DNA of 64,000 nt from an uncultured Gemmatimonadales bacterium (GTDB lineage: Bacteria > Gemmatimonadota > Gemmatimonadetes > Gemmatimonadales > GWC2-71-9). This document shows positions 8,589 through 17,720 of this stretch, piece by piece; the stretch's first letter is position 1, and each line of letters starts with the position of its first letter. The notes beneath the pieces are model-generated. The model was not told the origin of the DNA, searched no databases, and was given only the letters and a program-made list of their open reading frames with translations. The translations under genes and the position numbers were made by a program. The stretch covers positions 160,001 through 224,000 of the forward strand of contig CAWCVB010000001.1 in the NCBI GenBank assembly GCA_963798915.1, in the 5' to 3' direction.

Positions 8589-10054
8589 TCAGCCGCCCTC
8601 TTCCTTCACTTCCCCAGCATGCTCATTGAAGAACACCGTCGAATCGAGGGCGCCGCGCAGAATGTCGGCCGGATTGGTGGGGTGGCCCATGATCGTCGCT
8701 CGTCGGGCGAGTTCCTGCAGGTACACCGAGTCCAGCGCGGCGGCTGGAGAAGATCGGCTCATTGAGCAGCAGGTGGCGAGGGACCAAGATAGAGATAGGC
8801 ATCCACCCTCGCCGGGATGCCGCCGCGGCCTCCGCTTTCATTAGAGAAGAAGTATCCGTAGTCGAGATCAGCGAGCCAGGTGCCCCGAAGTGAAACGAGC
8901 GACGGCACCGGCCAGGACCTGAGCCGCGATTCCAGGTCATCGTTGTACCTGGTCAGTGGCGAACGGTTGCCGAAGCCGTTGTGGGCCATGATCACGTAGG
9001 TCATGTGCCGTCCGCCACCCGACTCAAATTTTCGTTCGTACATGGCGACCGCGCCGCCACCACCATGCATCAGGTGGCGAATCCCGAAAATCATGAGCGC
9101 CTTGCGGTGCCTGGCCAGGACTTCCCGCTCCATGACGGCAGCGATGTTTGCATCGCGATTCTGGAACGGTTGCACGTCATCACGATTGCTGACCTTGCTC
9201 CAGTCCACCGGCGGATCGCCCGCGAGCACTCGCAACCGCTTGCCTCGGGGCAGCGACAAGTTGATCTGGCGCACCAGCGGGAAGAGCTGCTCATAGAAGG
9301 TCGCCAGTCCGCACATCGGCTGCGTCGTATTGCGCCAGGCATTGCGGGCCTCGGCGAGCGGCACGTCCTCGCCGGCGATGTAGCGGTCCAGCACCGGCTG
9401 ATAGAGCGAGTTGCCGCATTCCACCACGATGTCGTTTACCGTTTCCGGAAAAGCAGGGTCCCGGATGAGCCCGAGCATGAAGTGGTCAAAGTCCTGATTG
9501 GCGTAGGAGAGAATGCCGAGCCCGACCACCTCATGCGTGGCGAAGGCGTCGAGGATCGCCTTTGGTGCATCCACCGGTTTCGGCTCTCGCCCCTTCGGAT
9601 GAGGAGGTTCGGCACCGATGGCGTGAGTGACATGCCGATTACCACCGCCGCCCTGGCGGCCGGACGCCTGACCTGAGCCGCCTTTGGTGAGCACAAATGG
9701 CAGGGTCATGCCCTCTTGAGGATTGGTGATGGATCCTCGCATCTGCTTGCCGACAATGGTTGCCGTAGCCGTGAACCGGTCCGAGCCACCCTCCGGATGT
9801 GTGACATTGACCTCGAAGGAGAGCTGCGCGCCTTCGATCGTGCCGTTCTCGATTGCCAGCGGAGCATCGTTGGGTGGCGCGCTTGCAGTACCGGTCAGGG
9901 TGTCGCCCCTCGCCGCGAGGTTCAACACCAGGTCGATGGCGTTGCCATCCTGGTCGGTTGCCTCGCCCGACCATACTCCGTTCACATCCGTGGTCGGCGC
10001 CGCGCAGGCGGCGAGTGCCAGAAGCAGCACCGCAACTGGTGTGGCGATGTTCAT
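8589..10054 (-). CDS. Lipoprotein with N-terminal beta domain and ChaN/EreA-like C-terminal domain; two frameshifts near 8780 and 8750
   Basis: Lipobox LAAC; ILDAFATHEVVGLG..VNDIVVECGN..RVLAGDPP..DAYLYLGP; removing two extra bases extends it to LDSVYLQELARRA...EEGG-stop. Confidence 0.65.
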
Positions 10055-10056
10055 GT

Positions 10057-10368
10057 TCACGGCCTGGTCATGGTGTGGGGGATACCATTGGCCGGCTGAC
10101 TGCTCGACATTCCTCTGCTGCTGGCAAGCGCAAAAAAGATCAGGAGCAACAAGGCGCCGACCAGGGCCACCCGTACACGCGCTTGAATCAGCGCATGGCG
10201 ACCGATGGCCATGGCGCCGCCGAGCGCCCAGCGGAGCGCAGGGACGTCGCCCTCCACGTAGTCCAATTCGTTCAGCATCGCGTCGGCCCAGCGCCGGCTC
10301 TCGCCGGGTGCAAGACATGCGGCGCCCCGGAGGATCCGGAAGGCCATTCCCCGGATGAATGGCATCAG
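10057..10368 (-). CDS. PadR-associated small membrane protein
   Basis: RRWADAMLNELDYVEGDVPALRWALG followed by a TM segment; coupled to the padR-like stop (ATGA). Confidence 0.7.
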   Translation of the reverse strand: MMPFIRGMAFRILRGAACLAPGESRRWADAMLNELDYVEGDVPALRWALGGAMAIGRHALIQARVRVALVGALLLLIFFALASSRGMSSSQPANGIPHTMTRP

Positions 10369-10679
10369 CCCTCCGACTCGGCGAGACGCGCCCGTGCGGC
10401 ATGGCGCGGGGCATGGGCCCGCACATACTCTCGGGCCGCCTGCACGCCGGACCGGGTGAGGCGATAGACGTGCCGCGGGGGGCGACCGGTCCGGGTCTTC
10501 TCCCACATGGACTCGAGCAGCATGTTCGCTTCAAGCCGCATGAGGATGGGATAGAGGGTGCCGGACTTCACTCCGGTGTCCCGGCTGATGTCGTACCCGT
10601 AGCGCCAGTCACCCGGGGAGGCAAGGAAGGCCTGGAGCACCAGGAGCGTCTGTGGCGAGCGGCGAAGTGGCAGGGGCAT
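10365..10679 (-). CDS. PadR-family transcriptional regulator
   Basis: YGYDISRDTGVKSGTLYPILMRLE..PPRHVYRLTRSG. Confidence 0.93.
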   Translation of the reverse strand: MPLPLRRSPQTLLVLQAFLASPGDWRYGYDISRDTGVKSGTLYPILMRLEANMLLESMWEKTRTGRPPRHVYRLTRSGVQAAREYVRAHAPRHAARARLAESEG

Positions 10680-10684
10680 GGGTA

Positions 10685-10714
10685 AATCTATATATGTAGA
10701 TTACTAAATGGCAA
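10685..10714 (-). promoter_or_regulatory. Sigma70-like promoter with palindromic operator (probable PadR site)
   Basis: Minus strand TTGCCA-N18-TAGATT a few nt before the ATG; inverted repeat AATCTA-N6-TAGATT at 10685..10702. Confidence 0.6.
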
Positions 10715-10775
10715 GGGAGGCTCGAGGCCGGCTTCCCTTCGCACGCTGTGGAGGAGGAGTCTTTACATTTCCCGG

Positions 10776-11807
10776 ATGCGCATCCACCTCCTCGCGGGCA
10801 CCCTTTTGCTTGGCGCCTGCGGCAAGCCGGCTCCGCCTGCTCCGCCCGTGCTCCTCACCGCCGGTGCCGATACCATCCACGTGAGCATCCAGCAGGACGC
10901 CGACGCCGTGTGGCTTGGCGCCCAGCGCTACGCTGTCCTGTCCCCGGGCGACAACAGCATCGCCCTGCTCGATTTCGGGACGAAGAGCTCGACCCTCCTC
11001 AAGGTTGGCAACCGGATCGAGCACCCGGTCCGGATCTTTGGCCTGGCGGATACCCTGTTCGTGGGCGACTGGGGACGCCAGCGGGTCACCGCCTGGACCG
11101 CAGGCGGCGATTTCGTGCGGGAGATGCCGATCACGGGCGGCGCCGTGCCGGCGGCGATCGATCGCCGGGAGCAGTTGTATGCTGCGCTTGCGCCCGATCC
11201 GCGGCCGGACGGCAGCGGCAATCGCGACAGCGCGGCGGTGGTCCGGTTTGCGGCCGGTGGAGCTCAGGCCGATACCGTGGCTCGGCTCACGCCGCTCGAC
11301 CTCGCGAAGGTGGTGACTGACCAGGGCACCAGGTTCGACCGCCGCATCTTCAGCGGCGAGGACGCCTGGGGCGCGCTCGATGACGGGTCGGTCTGGGTCG
11401 CCCGCCACTATCACAATCGGGTTGACTGGCGCGACACCACCGGCAAGTGGCACAGGGGCCAGCCGCTCGAGGACCGGATACTGGAGGTCACACCGACCGA
11501 CCGCGAGCGCTTCATCGCGAGCTTTCCGCCCGAGCTCCGCCACACCGCCAACATGCTCCAGTTCGCGCCAGTCAAGCCACCGTTCGTGCGGGCCTTCTCC
11601 GGCGCGGACGGTCACGTCTGGCTCGAGAAGAGCCGCTACGTGGCGGACACCATGCAGATGTACCACGAGGTAGGACGCGACGGAAAGCTGGTGAACACCG
11701 TCGAGGTACATGGCTGGAGCCGGATCCTCGCCGTCTCACCCGACCAGGTGCTGATCTCGACACCGGATTCGACAGGCGGATTTACGATGGGAGTGGCGGG
11801 AAGATAG
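10776..11807 (+). CDS. Six-bladed beta-propeller lipoprotein
   Basis: Lipobox LLGAC; FSGEDAWGALDDGSVWVAR and KPPFVRAFSGADGHVWLEK parallel the 2979..4125 propeller. Confidence 0.8.
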   Translation: MRIHLLAGTLLLGACGKPAPPAPPVLLTAGADTIHVSIQQDADAVWLGAQRYAVLSPGDNSIALLDFGTKSSTLLKVGNRIEHPVRIFGLADTLFVGDWGRQRVTAWTAGGDFVREMPITGGAVPAAIDRREQLYAALAPDPRPDGSGNRDSAAVVRFAAGGAQADTVARLTPLDLAKVVTDQGTRFDRRIFSGEDAWGALDDGSVWVARHYHNRVDWRDTTGKWHRGQPLEDRILEVTPTDRERFIASFPPELRHTANMLQFAPVKPPFVRAFSGADGHVWLEKSRYVADTMQMYHEVGRDGKLVNTVEVHGWSRILAVSPDQVLISTPDSTGGFTMGVAGR

Positions 11808-11820
11808 GCGGACAGATGGA

Positions 11821-11938
11821 CCGAAGCTCGCCCATGCGTCATTGCGAGCACGCCATCGGTGTGCGAAGCAATCGGGTGGCCCGGACAGGGCGCTCCCGCG
11901 ACCCGATTGCTTCGGCCGCCATGCGGCCTCGCAATGAC
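11821..11938. repeat. Linker and REP-like family B palindrome
   Basis: CCGAAGCTCGCCCA, then GTCATTGCGAG..GAAGCAATCGGGT..ACCCGATTGCTTCG..CTCGCAATGAC. Confidence 0.85.
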
Positions 11939-12096
11939 GCGCGAGGATGATGTCGCGGCGGGCGAATCCGCCAGGTAATCCGGACTGACACCCATGCCGA
12001 CCTCCGCAGGCCGCCGAGCCGTCGAGCCCCGTCTGTCGAATACCGGTCTGCTCATTCGACGTGATGGCAGAGACATCCTTGACGACGGAGACGACC

Positions 12097-13041
12097 GTGA
12101 AGATCAAAATTGCCATCGCTTGGCTTGCCACGGCGGCAGGATTAGCCGCCGCACCCGCCCACGCTCAGACTCAAACTCCTGAAGGAGCACGCCCTGTGGA
12201 GGCCTCCGTCCCCAAACCGGTGAAGACCGGCTACGTCACCGCCAATGGCATCAAGTACTACTACGCCACTTATGGAAAAGGCGATCCTCTCCTGTTGCTT
12301 CATGGCGGGCTGGGGCAGATCGAGATGTTCGTGCCAGTACTGGGCGCGCTTGCCGCCGAGCGGCAGGTCATCGGCGTTGATCTGCAGGGGCACGGCCGCA
12401 CCCGCCTGGGCAATCGGCCGATCAATCTGGTCGATATCGGCGACGACCTTGCAGTCATCATCCAGACGCTCGGGTACAAGCAGGTGGACGTCATGGGTTA
12501 TTCCTTCGGTGGGGGCGCCGCGCTCCGGCTCGCCGCTCAGCACCCGTCGCTGGTGCGCCGGCTCGTCCTCGTGTCCACCCCATTCGCGCGCGACGGCTTC
12601 TATCCGGAGATGCTTCCGCAGCAGGCGCAGGTGGGTGCCGCCATGGCCGACATGATGAAGGACACGCCCATGTATAAATCCTACATGGCGATCGCGCCGG
12701 ATCCGGGCGAGTTCCCGAAACTGCTCGATGCGATGGGTGCATTCATGCGCCAGCCGTACAACTGGTCGGGTGACGTGAAGCGGCTGACGATGCCGGTGAT
12801 GCTCGTCTACGGTGACGCCGACATGATCCGTCTCGACCACGCCGCCGAGTTCTACCACCTCCTCGGCGGAGCCCAGCGCGACGCCGGCTGGAACCGTGAG
12901 CACATGGCGCGGAATCGGCTGGCGATCCTGCCGGACCTTACGCACTACGAGATTGGCGTCTCGCCTGTGCTCGTGCGAACGGTGCTCCCATTCTTGAATG
13001 GCGTGAGCGGGGCGCAGGGCTGGAGCGGGGACGTGCGCTAG
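12097..13041 (+). CDS. Exported alpha/beta hydrolase
   Basis: Signal peptide; LLHGG, DLQGHG, nucleophile GYSFG, GDAD and THY; GTG start after GGAG. Confidence 0.9.
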   Translation: MKIKIAIAWLATAAGLAAAPAHAQTQTPEGARPVEASVPKPVKTGYVTANGIKYYYATYGKGDPLLLLHGGLGQIEMFVPVLGALAAERQVIGVDLQGHGRTRLGNRPINLVDIGDDLAVIIQTLGYKQVDVMGYSFGGGAALRLAAQHPSLVRRLVLVSTPFARDGFYPEMLPQQAQVGAAMADMMKDTPMYKSYMAIAPDPGEFPKLLDAMGAFMRQPYNWSGDVKRLTMPVMLVYGDADMIRLDHAAEFYHLLGGAQRDAGWNREHMARNRLAILPDLTHYEIGVSPVLVRTVLPFLNGVSGAQGWSGDVR

Positions 13042-13122
13042 GTAGCTGGCTGGCCAGTTAACCCGGTATCATCCGGCCGAGCTCCACTGAGTATGAGGCG
13101 TCGGCGCGCGCATGCGCGGCAC

Positions 13123-13208
13123 GCCTCAGCTCTCAGCTCTTGGCCTTCAGCGCTTAGCCTTCAGCGCTTAGCGCTTAGCGCTCAGCGCTCAGCTCTCAGC
13201 CTTCAGCA
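13123..13208 (+). repeat. Degenerate heptamer array (CTCAGCT/CTTAGCG)
   Basis: Read directly; lies between convergent genes. Confidence 0.85.
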
Positions 13209-13213
13209 TCACA

Positions 13214-13561
13214 TCACCCCTCCACCAGCCGCTTCAGCCTCCCGATCGCCGCATCCCATTGCGCCGACACCTGGTCGAGGTAGCGCCGGGCCACCTCCAG
13301 CCGCTTCGTTTCGAGCGACCAGACCTGTTCCCTTCCCAGACGTGTGCCATGCGCGAGCCCCGCTTCCTCGAGCGCATGCAGATGCTTGGTCACCGCCTGG
13401 CGGGTGACGCTGGTACCTTCGCTGAGCCGGCTGATGGAGAGCGGCCCTTCCCGGCAGAGCCGGGTAACGAGGCCCAGGCGGGTCTCGTCTCCCAGTGCCG
13501 AGAAGATCGGTGCGGCGCCGCTAGGGGCGGCCCGCGGGCCGCCCCTACTCGGCGCCGACAT
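13214..13561 (-). CDS. ArsR/SmtB-family regulator
   Basis: FSALGDETRLGLV..VTRQAVTKHLHALEEAGL..RLGRE. Confidence 0.92.
   Translation of the reverse strand: MSAPSRGGPRAAPSGAAPIFSALGDETRLGLVTRLCREGPLSISRLSEGTSVTRQAVTKHLHALEEAGLAHGTRLGREQVWSLETKRLEVARRYLDQVSAQWDAAIGRLKRLVEG
13522..13547. repeat. Perfect 26-bp GTAG-type REP-like palindrome
   Basis: TAGGGGCGGCCCGCGGGCCGCCCCTA; related copies at 23418 and 25707. Confidence 0.85.
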
Positions 13562-14021
13562 ACTTCTGAATGTTCCTGATCTGCCCGTTCCATCCGCCGT
13601 CGTTCATCCGGAACGCTTCGACCCGGCGGTCCGCCGGCAGGGCGTCGAAGCCCGACTCGATGATCGTGAGCTCGGTGCCGCCTTCGGAGCCTTTGGCGTC
13701 GGCCAGGTGAAACTCCACCAGCGTCATTCGCTCCGCCGAGTAGTCCACCTTGGGGTCAACGGCACCGGGATGCCAGCGGTAGGAGAACAGCGTCTCCGGC
13801 TTCATCTGCTCCACCCGGATTTCGAGTGTGACGTGCTCGTAGCCGGGAACGGTGAGCTGGCCCTGAAGGGTGACGCCGGGCTTGAATGCGCCATCGATCT
13901 TCATCTGGAACCATTGGCCGAACTCCTGGGCGTCGGCGATGGCGCGCCAGACCCGGCTCCGCGGGGCGTTGAGGGTGACGTGTTTTTCGATGCGGTCGGT
14001 GGTGGAGCTGGCGGCGGTCAT
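13545..14021 (-). CDS. SRPBCC/AHSA1-domain protein
   Basis: DRIEKHVTLNAPRSRVWRAIADAQEFGQWF..FSYRWHP..GTELTIIESGF..GW; GGAG RBS. Confidence 0.92.
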   Translation of the reverse strand: MTAASSTTDRIEKHVTLNAPRSRVWRAIADAQEFGQWFQMKIDGAFKPGVTLQGQLTVPGYEHVTLEIRVEQMKPETLFSYRWHPGAVDPKVDYSAERMTLVEFHLADAKGSEGGTELTIIESGFDALPADRRVEAFRMNDGGWNGQIRNIQKYVGAE

Positions 14022-14080
14022 GATGGACTCCGATGGTCCTGGTTCGGGGTTGGCCGGCTGTGCGGCGGGCGACTGGATCC

Positions 14081-14110
14081 AATATATGCAACCTATTAGT
14101 TGCGTGTCAA
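14081..14110 (-). promoter_or_regulatory. Sigma70 promoter with operator palindrome in the spacer (probable ArsR site)
   Basis: Minus strand TTGACA-N18-TATATT; inverted repeat GCAAC-N6-GTTGC at 14088..14103. Confidence 0.75.
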
Positions 14111-14307
14111 GATGGCCCTGCCAAGCCTTGGCGCGACCGTCAGCGCTCAGCTTCAGCCTGCAATCGTCGGCAAGACCTTGTGCCGCAATCACATGCTTGA
14201 TTGCCTGCCGATTACTCAATGAAATGAGCAGTTTTACTCGTGAGTAAAATGCTCTGCACGCGCTCTCCCGAGCCGAGACGCCTGATCCAGTTCGCAGCCC
14301 GCGACGA

Positions 14308-14538
14308 ATGCGAGCTGTTTGCTGGCGCGACCGCAACCGTGAGGTGGACTTCGTGCTCCAGCGGGGGAAGCGGATCGTGGCCGTCGAAGTGAAGAGCGGC
14401 CTGGCGAGTAGCTCGCGGTCCGGGCTGACCGCATTCAGCGAAAAGTATCAGCCGACGCGGACGCTTCTGGTAGGCGGCGACGGGATCCCCTTGGGAGAAT
14501 TTCTGGCGATGCCGGTGGGGCACTGGCTGCAATCTTGA
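14308..14538 (+). pseudogene. C-terminal remnant of an AAA ATPase/DUF4143 protein (PD-(D/E)XK-like tail)
   Basis: WRDRNREVDFVLQRGKRIVAVEVKSG; no ATPase domain upstream. Confidence 0.7.
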
Positions 14539-14944
14539 CGGACGATCGCTGGGCATCCTGACCAATTGATGTTTCTGACCAAAACGCGCGGCGAGATCTC
14601 GCGCAGAAATATGAAGTTAGTCGACACGCTCTCACTCTTCGTCTCGTAAGGCTTCAACTCCTCGCCGACCAGGAGGATCGCCTCCACACGCTTCCATCCT
14701 CGTCATGGCTGTGCTCGAAATCACCAAACGCAATCGCCCCGGTTGCGAATGAGCTCCTGTACTGCCCTGGACCGATTGTTCGTGCCCCCTTTCATATCGT
14801 CCCGAGCGTCTCACATAGATGCTTCCCATGCTGAGCATGGGAACCTTTGAGGCATCGCTGGGATACAGGATGCGCTACGGGGCGCCTTGCTCCACGCCCG
14901 CCCGGATTGCACAAGCGTCAAGCAGGCCGCATCTTAGAGCGTCC

Positions 14945-15205
14945 ATGCCCCAGCCAACAATGCTCGCCCTGATCCTCGGGGCACTGTTCTTCACCATGGC
15001 GTCGGTGCTGCTGCTCGGCTTCGCCATCCAGCGGCGGCCTAATCAGGAGAAGGGAATCGACTTTCGCCGGCCCCAGAGGAGCCTCGGACTTTGGAACCCC
15101 AGCGATTACACGCGCCGGGGACGGAGATATCTGTACCGGCCGTGGCTGACGAATATCATCGGAGCTGGCTGCGGGTGCGTGCTAATCAGGCACCACTGCC
15201 ACTGA
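14945..15205 (+). CDS. Small membrane protein, hypothetical
   Basis: Hydrophobic N-terminus, then WNPSDYTRRGRRY; the C-terminus may be frameshifted. Confidence 0.45.
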   Translation: MPQPTMLALILGALFFTMASVLLLGFAIQRRPNQEKGIDFRRPQRSLGLWNPSDYTRRGRRYLYRPWLTNIIGAGCGCVLIRHHCH

Positions 15206-15254
15206 GAATCCCACACGCGTCATGACCTTAACGCTGGCGGCCGAAGGAGCTCCC

Positions 15255-15824
15255 ATGACTGAAGCGTCCGTCGCTGCGATTCCGCCAGTCCCCCGCTCCA
15301 CCTTTGTCAGCGTGCTCGCGTGGCTGGGGATTATCCTCTTCGGCTCCGGCGCCCTCATGTTTGGTGTTGAAGGAATCGTGTTCCGGCCCATCATCGAGCA
15401 GACCGTCGTGACGCGGATGACGGCAGATTCACTGACACCCTTGGGACCCCAGACGGCAGCGGCCGGCGCCGCGATGATGCCATACTTCTTCCTCGCCTTC
15501 GTCGCCGTCATGGCGCTTGGCGTCGCGGCATCCATCGGCCTGCTCCACCGCCGCAACTGGGGACGGATCATGATCATCGCCTTCCTGATCCTGAACACGA
15601 TCGGCGCCCTGTTCGGCTTGCTCGGCGGGCTCATGCTGGGCAGCATTCCAATGGCCGGGCCGCCATCTGGACTCACGAGCGGCCCGGCATTCGATCAGAT
15701 GATGAGCGCCATGCGGATTCTCATGATCGGCGGGTCAATCGTAGTGGCGCTTATCGGCGGCTGGCTCACCTACCGGTTGTTATCGAAGTCCGTAAGTAAA
15801 GAATTTGCGGCGGAGACTGACTGA
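15255..15824 (+). CDS. Four-TM membrane protein, hypothetical
   Basis: AAGGAG RBS; PRSTFVSVLAW..GLLHRRNWGR; four hydrophobic segments. Confidence 0.8.
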   Translation: MTEASVAAIPPVPRSTFVSVLAWLGIILFGSGALMFGVEGIVFRPIIEQTVVTRMTADSLTPLGPQTAAAGAAMMPYFFLAFVAVMALGVAASIGLLHRRNWGRIMIIAFLILNTIGALFGLLGGLMLGSIPMAGPPSGLTSGPAFDQMMSAMRILMIGGSIVVALIGGWLTYRLLSKSVSKEFAAETD

Positions 15825-15995
15825 CCAGTGAATTGCTCGACGGTCCAGGTTCAACGGTCCACAGGATGAAGACCTACGGCCAAAGACCGACGAGTCTGTC
15901 GTGCTTGCGTGCTTTCGTCTCTCCGTGAGCAACCTTCCGTCACCGGCCTTCCCCTCAATCGCTTCGCCAGAAAGAGAAGGCGTCCGAGATTGGCC

Positions 15996-16325
15996 GTGAA
16001 CACATCGCTTGCTATTCGACTGATTCTGGCTGCCTTCGGTCTCAAGCTGATGGCCGGCCAGGTCCGCAATTACGCTGCCTACCGACGCGAGCGCCGTCGT
16101 TATCCCTTTCGCCCTCCCGATCGGTTGTGGTCACAATGGGAAATGGGCGGCCTTGTCGCCATCGGTGGATTTGTCGCAGGAGTTGTGGCGCTGACCAGCG
16201 ACTGGCCGGAACCGGTGTGGTGGATTTGCTGGGGCATCATGATGGTCGGAGTCGCGCTGGTCGCCGTAACTGGTAACCGCATCAGGCATCGGAAATCTGG
16301 CAAAGAAAGCCCCCGGAAGCCATGA
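15996..16325 (+). CDS. Small membrane protein, hypothetical
   Basis: Three hydrophobic segments; start codon uncertain. Confidence 0.5.
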   Translation: MNTSLAIRLILAAFGLKLMAGQVRNYAAYRRERRRYPFRPPDRLWSQWEMGGLVAIGGFVAGVVALTSDWPEPVWWICWGIMMVGVALVAVTGNRIRHRKSGKESPRKP

Positions 16326-16450
16326 CTCCCCGGGCGGCTGCCCAGTTCGCCTGGTGCCCGATTCCTGCGGGAACTTCGCCGGAGAGCACGGTCGAGCTGA
16401 AAGGTTAGGACGTCCCCAGGGCGCTCCTGCATGAACCCTCGTCTCTCGCG

Positions 16451-17569
16451 CTACTTTCCTCGGCTCCCTCTGACCCGCCTCAGCACCCCCACCACCGCAT
16501 CACCCACGCGGTGGCGCCAGGTGCGATAGCGGAGCCCTCGCACGGCCGCGCGGACCGGCGTCGGGTCAAGCGCGCGCTGGGCGTCCGCCCACTGGCCTTC
16601 GAGATGATGGGGAATGGCCCAGAGCGCCCGGATGCGGGCCGGCAGGTCAATGGGCCCGAAGCAGGTGAGACGGTCCAAGGCGCCTGCCGCCGCGAACTGC
16701 ACCTGCGTGCGGACACATTTCTCGCACTCCCCGCAGTTGAGCGCGGCAGCGCGATTCTCCCAGCACACCCGCAGGTGCGCATGCACCAGTGGCTCGTTGG
16801 CGATAGCCGCCACCTTATCGAGCCGCGAGACCCCAGGGCTGCCGGTCCCGACGGTGACCGCGCCCGAGGACCAGCAACGGTCGAGTTCCACCGTCGAGCC
16901 GTGGGGCGGCTTCACGTCGCTGCTCGCGATGAGCACGTGGCCCAGGTGCGGCGCCAATAGCTGAGCCACCGCACCAAGAGCGGCGCCATGAGTGAGCTTG
17001 CCCCACGGTGCGGCGCGGAACAGCGGATGCTGTTTCAGGTTGGTCCGGACCGTGAGCACGCGGAGGTCCAGCGCCGCAGCGACCTGCTCCAACAGCTGGC
17101 GGGTCCCCGTAAGGCGGTCTGTGTCCGTGAGCAAGACATCGAAACCCTCGACAAAGATCAGAGCCCGGACGATATCGCGATTAATCAGCAACGAATGAAA
17201 CGAATCCACGCCACCGGTGAAGAAGACACCGGTCGCCTCCGCCAGCGGCTCCAGCGACGTCCGCGCGGCGATGACGTCGCCACCGCTGAATCCCCAATAG
17301 CGCCGAGCAATGTCCCGCGCCTCCGTGGCATGCGCAGCCCATGTGCTGCAGACGGCGTCCTCCGAGCGCACCGACCGGCCGCTTCGCATCGCCGGGATCA
17401 GGAACGCCGAGAGGAACGCTTCGGCGCTTGGCCGCAACGGGACCGTGGACTCGAAGTAGACCTCGTCACCCTCGACCGTCGCTGTGACTCGGCACACTCC
17501 GGACTGGTTGACGATCTGGACGTGGCCGATGTCGAGCAGAGCAGACGCTGATGGTGCTGGTGAGGTCAT
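16451..17569 (-). CDS. PP-loop (QueC-like, adenine nucleotide alpha-hydrolase fold) protein of unknown function
   Basis: FFTGGVDSF PP-loop and C-terminal LRVCW..NCGECEKCVRT Cys cluster. Confidence 0.75.
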   Translation of the reverse strand: MTSPAPSASALLDIGHVQIVNQSGVCRVTATVEGDEVYFESTVPLRPSAEAFLSAFLIPAMRSGRSVRSEDAVCSTWAAHATEARDIARRYWGFSGGDVIAARTSLEPLAEATGVFFTGGVDSFHSLLINRDIVRALIFVEGFDVLLTDTDRLTGTRQLLEQVAAALDLRVLTVRTNLKQHPLFRAAPWGKLTHGAALGAVAQLLAPHLGHVLIASSDVKPPHGSTVELDRCWSSGAVTVGTGSPGVSRLDKVAAIANEPLVHAHLRVCWENRAAALNCGECEKCVRTQVQFAAAGALDRLTCFGPIDLPARIRALWAIPHHLEGQWADAQRALDPTPVRAAVRGLRYRTWRHRVGDAVVGVLRRVRGSRGK

Positions 17570-17720
17570 CGGGACAGGACTCCGAGTCCAGAATAGAGAG
17601 ATGTGCCTGCTTGATCTGCTCGACGCAGCGCCACTGCTGCCTGCGACCTGTTCGCCTCCGCGCGTTGTGCAGTTCGGGAGCGGAGCATGCCGACCCCCGA
17701 ATCTATTATAGTTTGCGATC

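Noticed and set aside
16451..17569. queC or a QatC-type defence gene
   Set aside because: No queDEF or qatABD neighbours and a different size and N-terminus; only the fold-level call is supportable.
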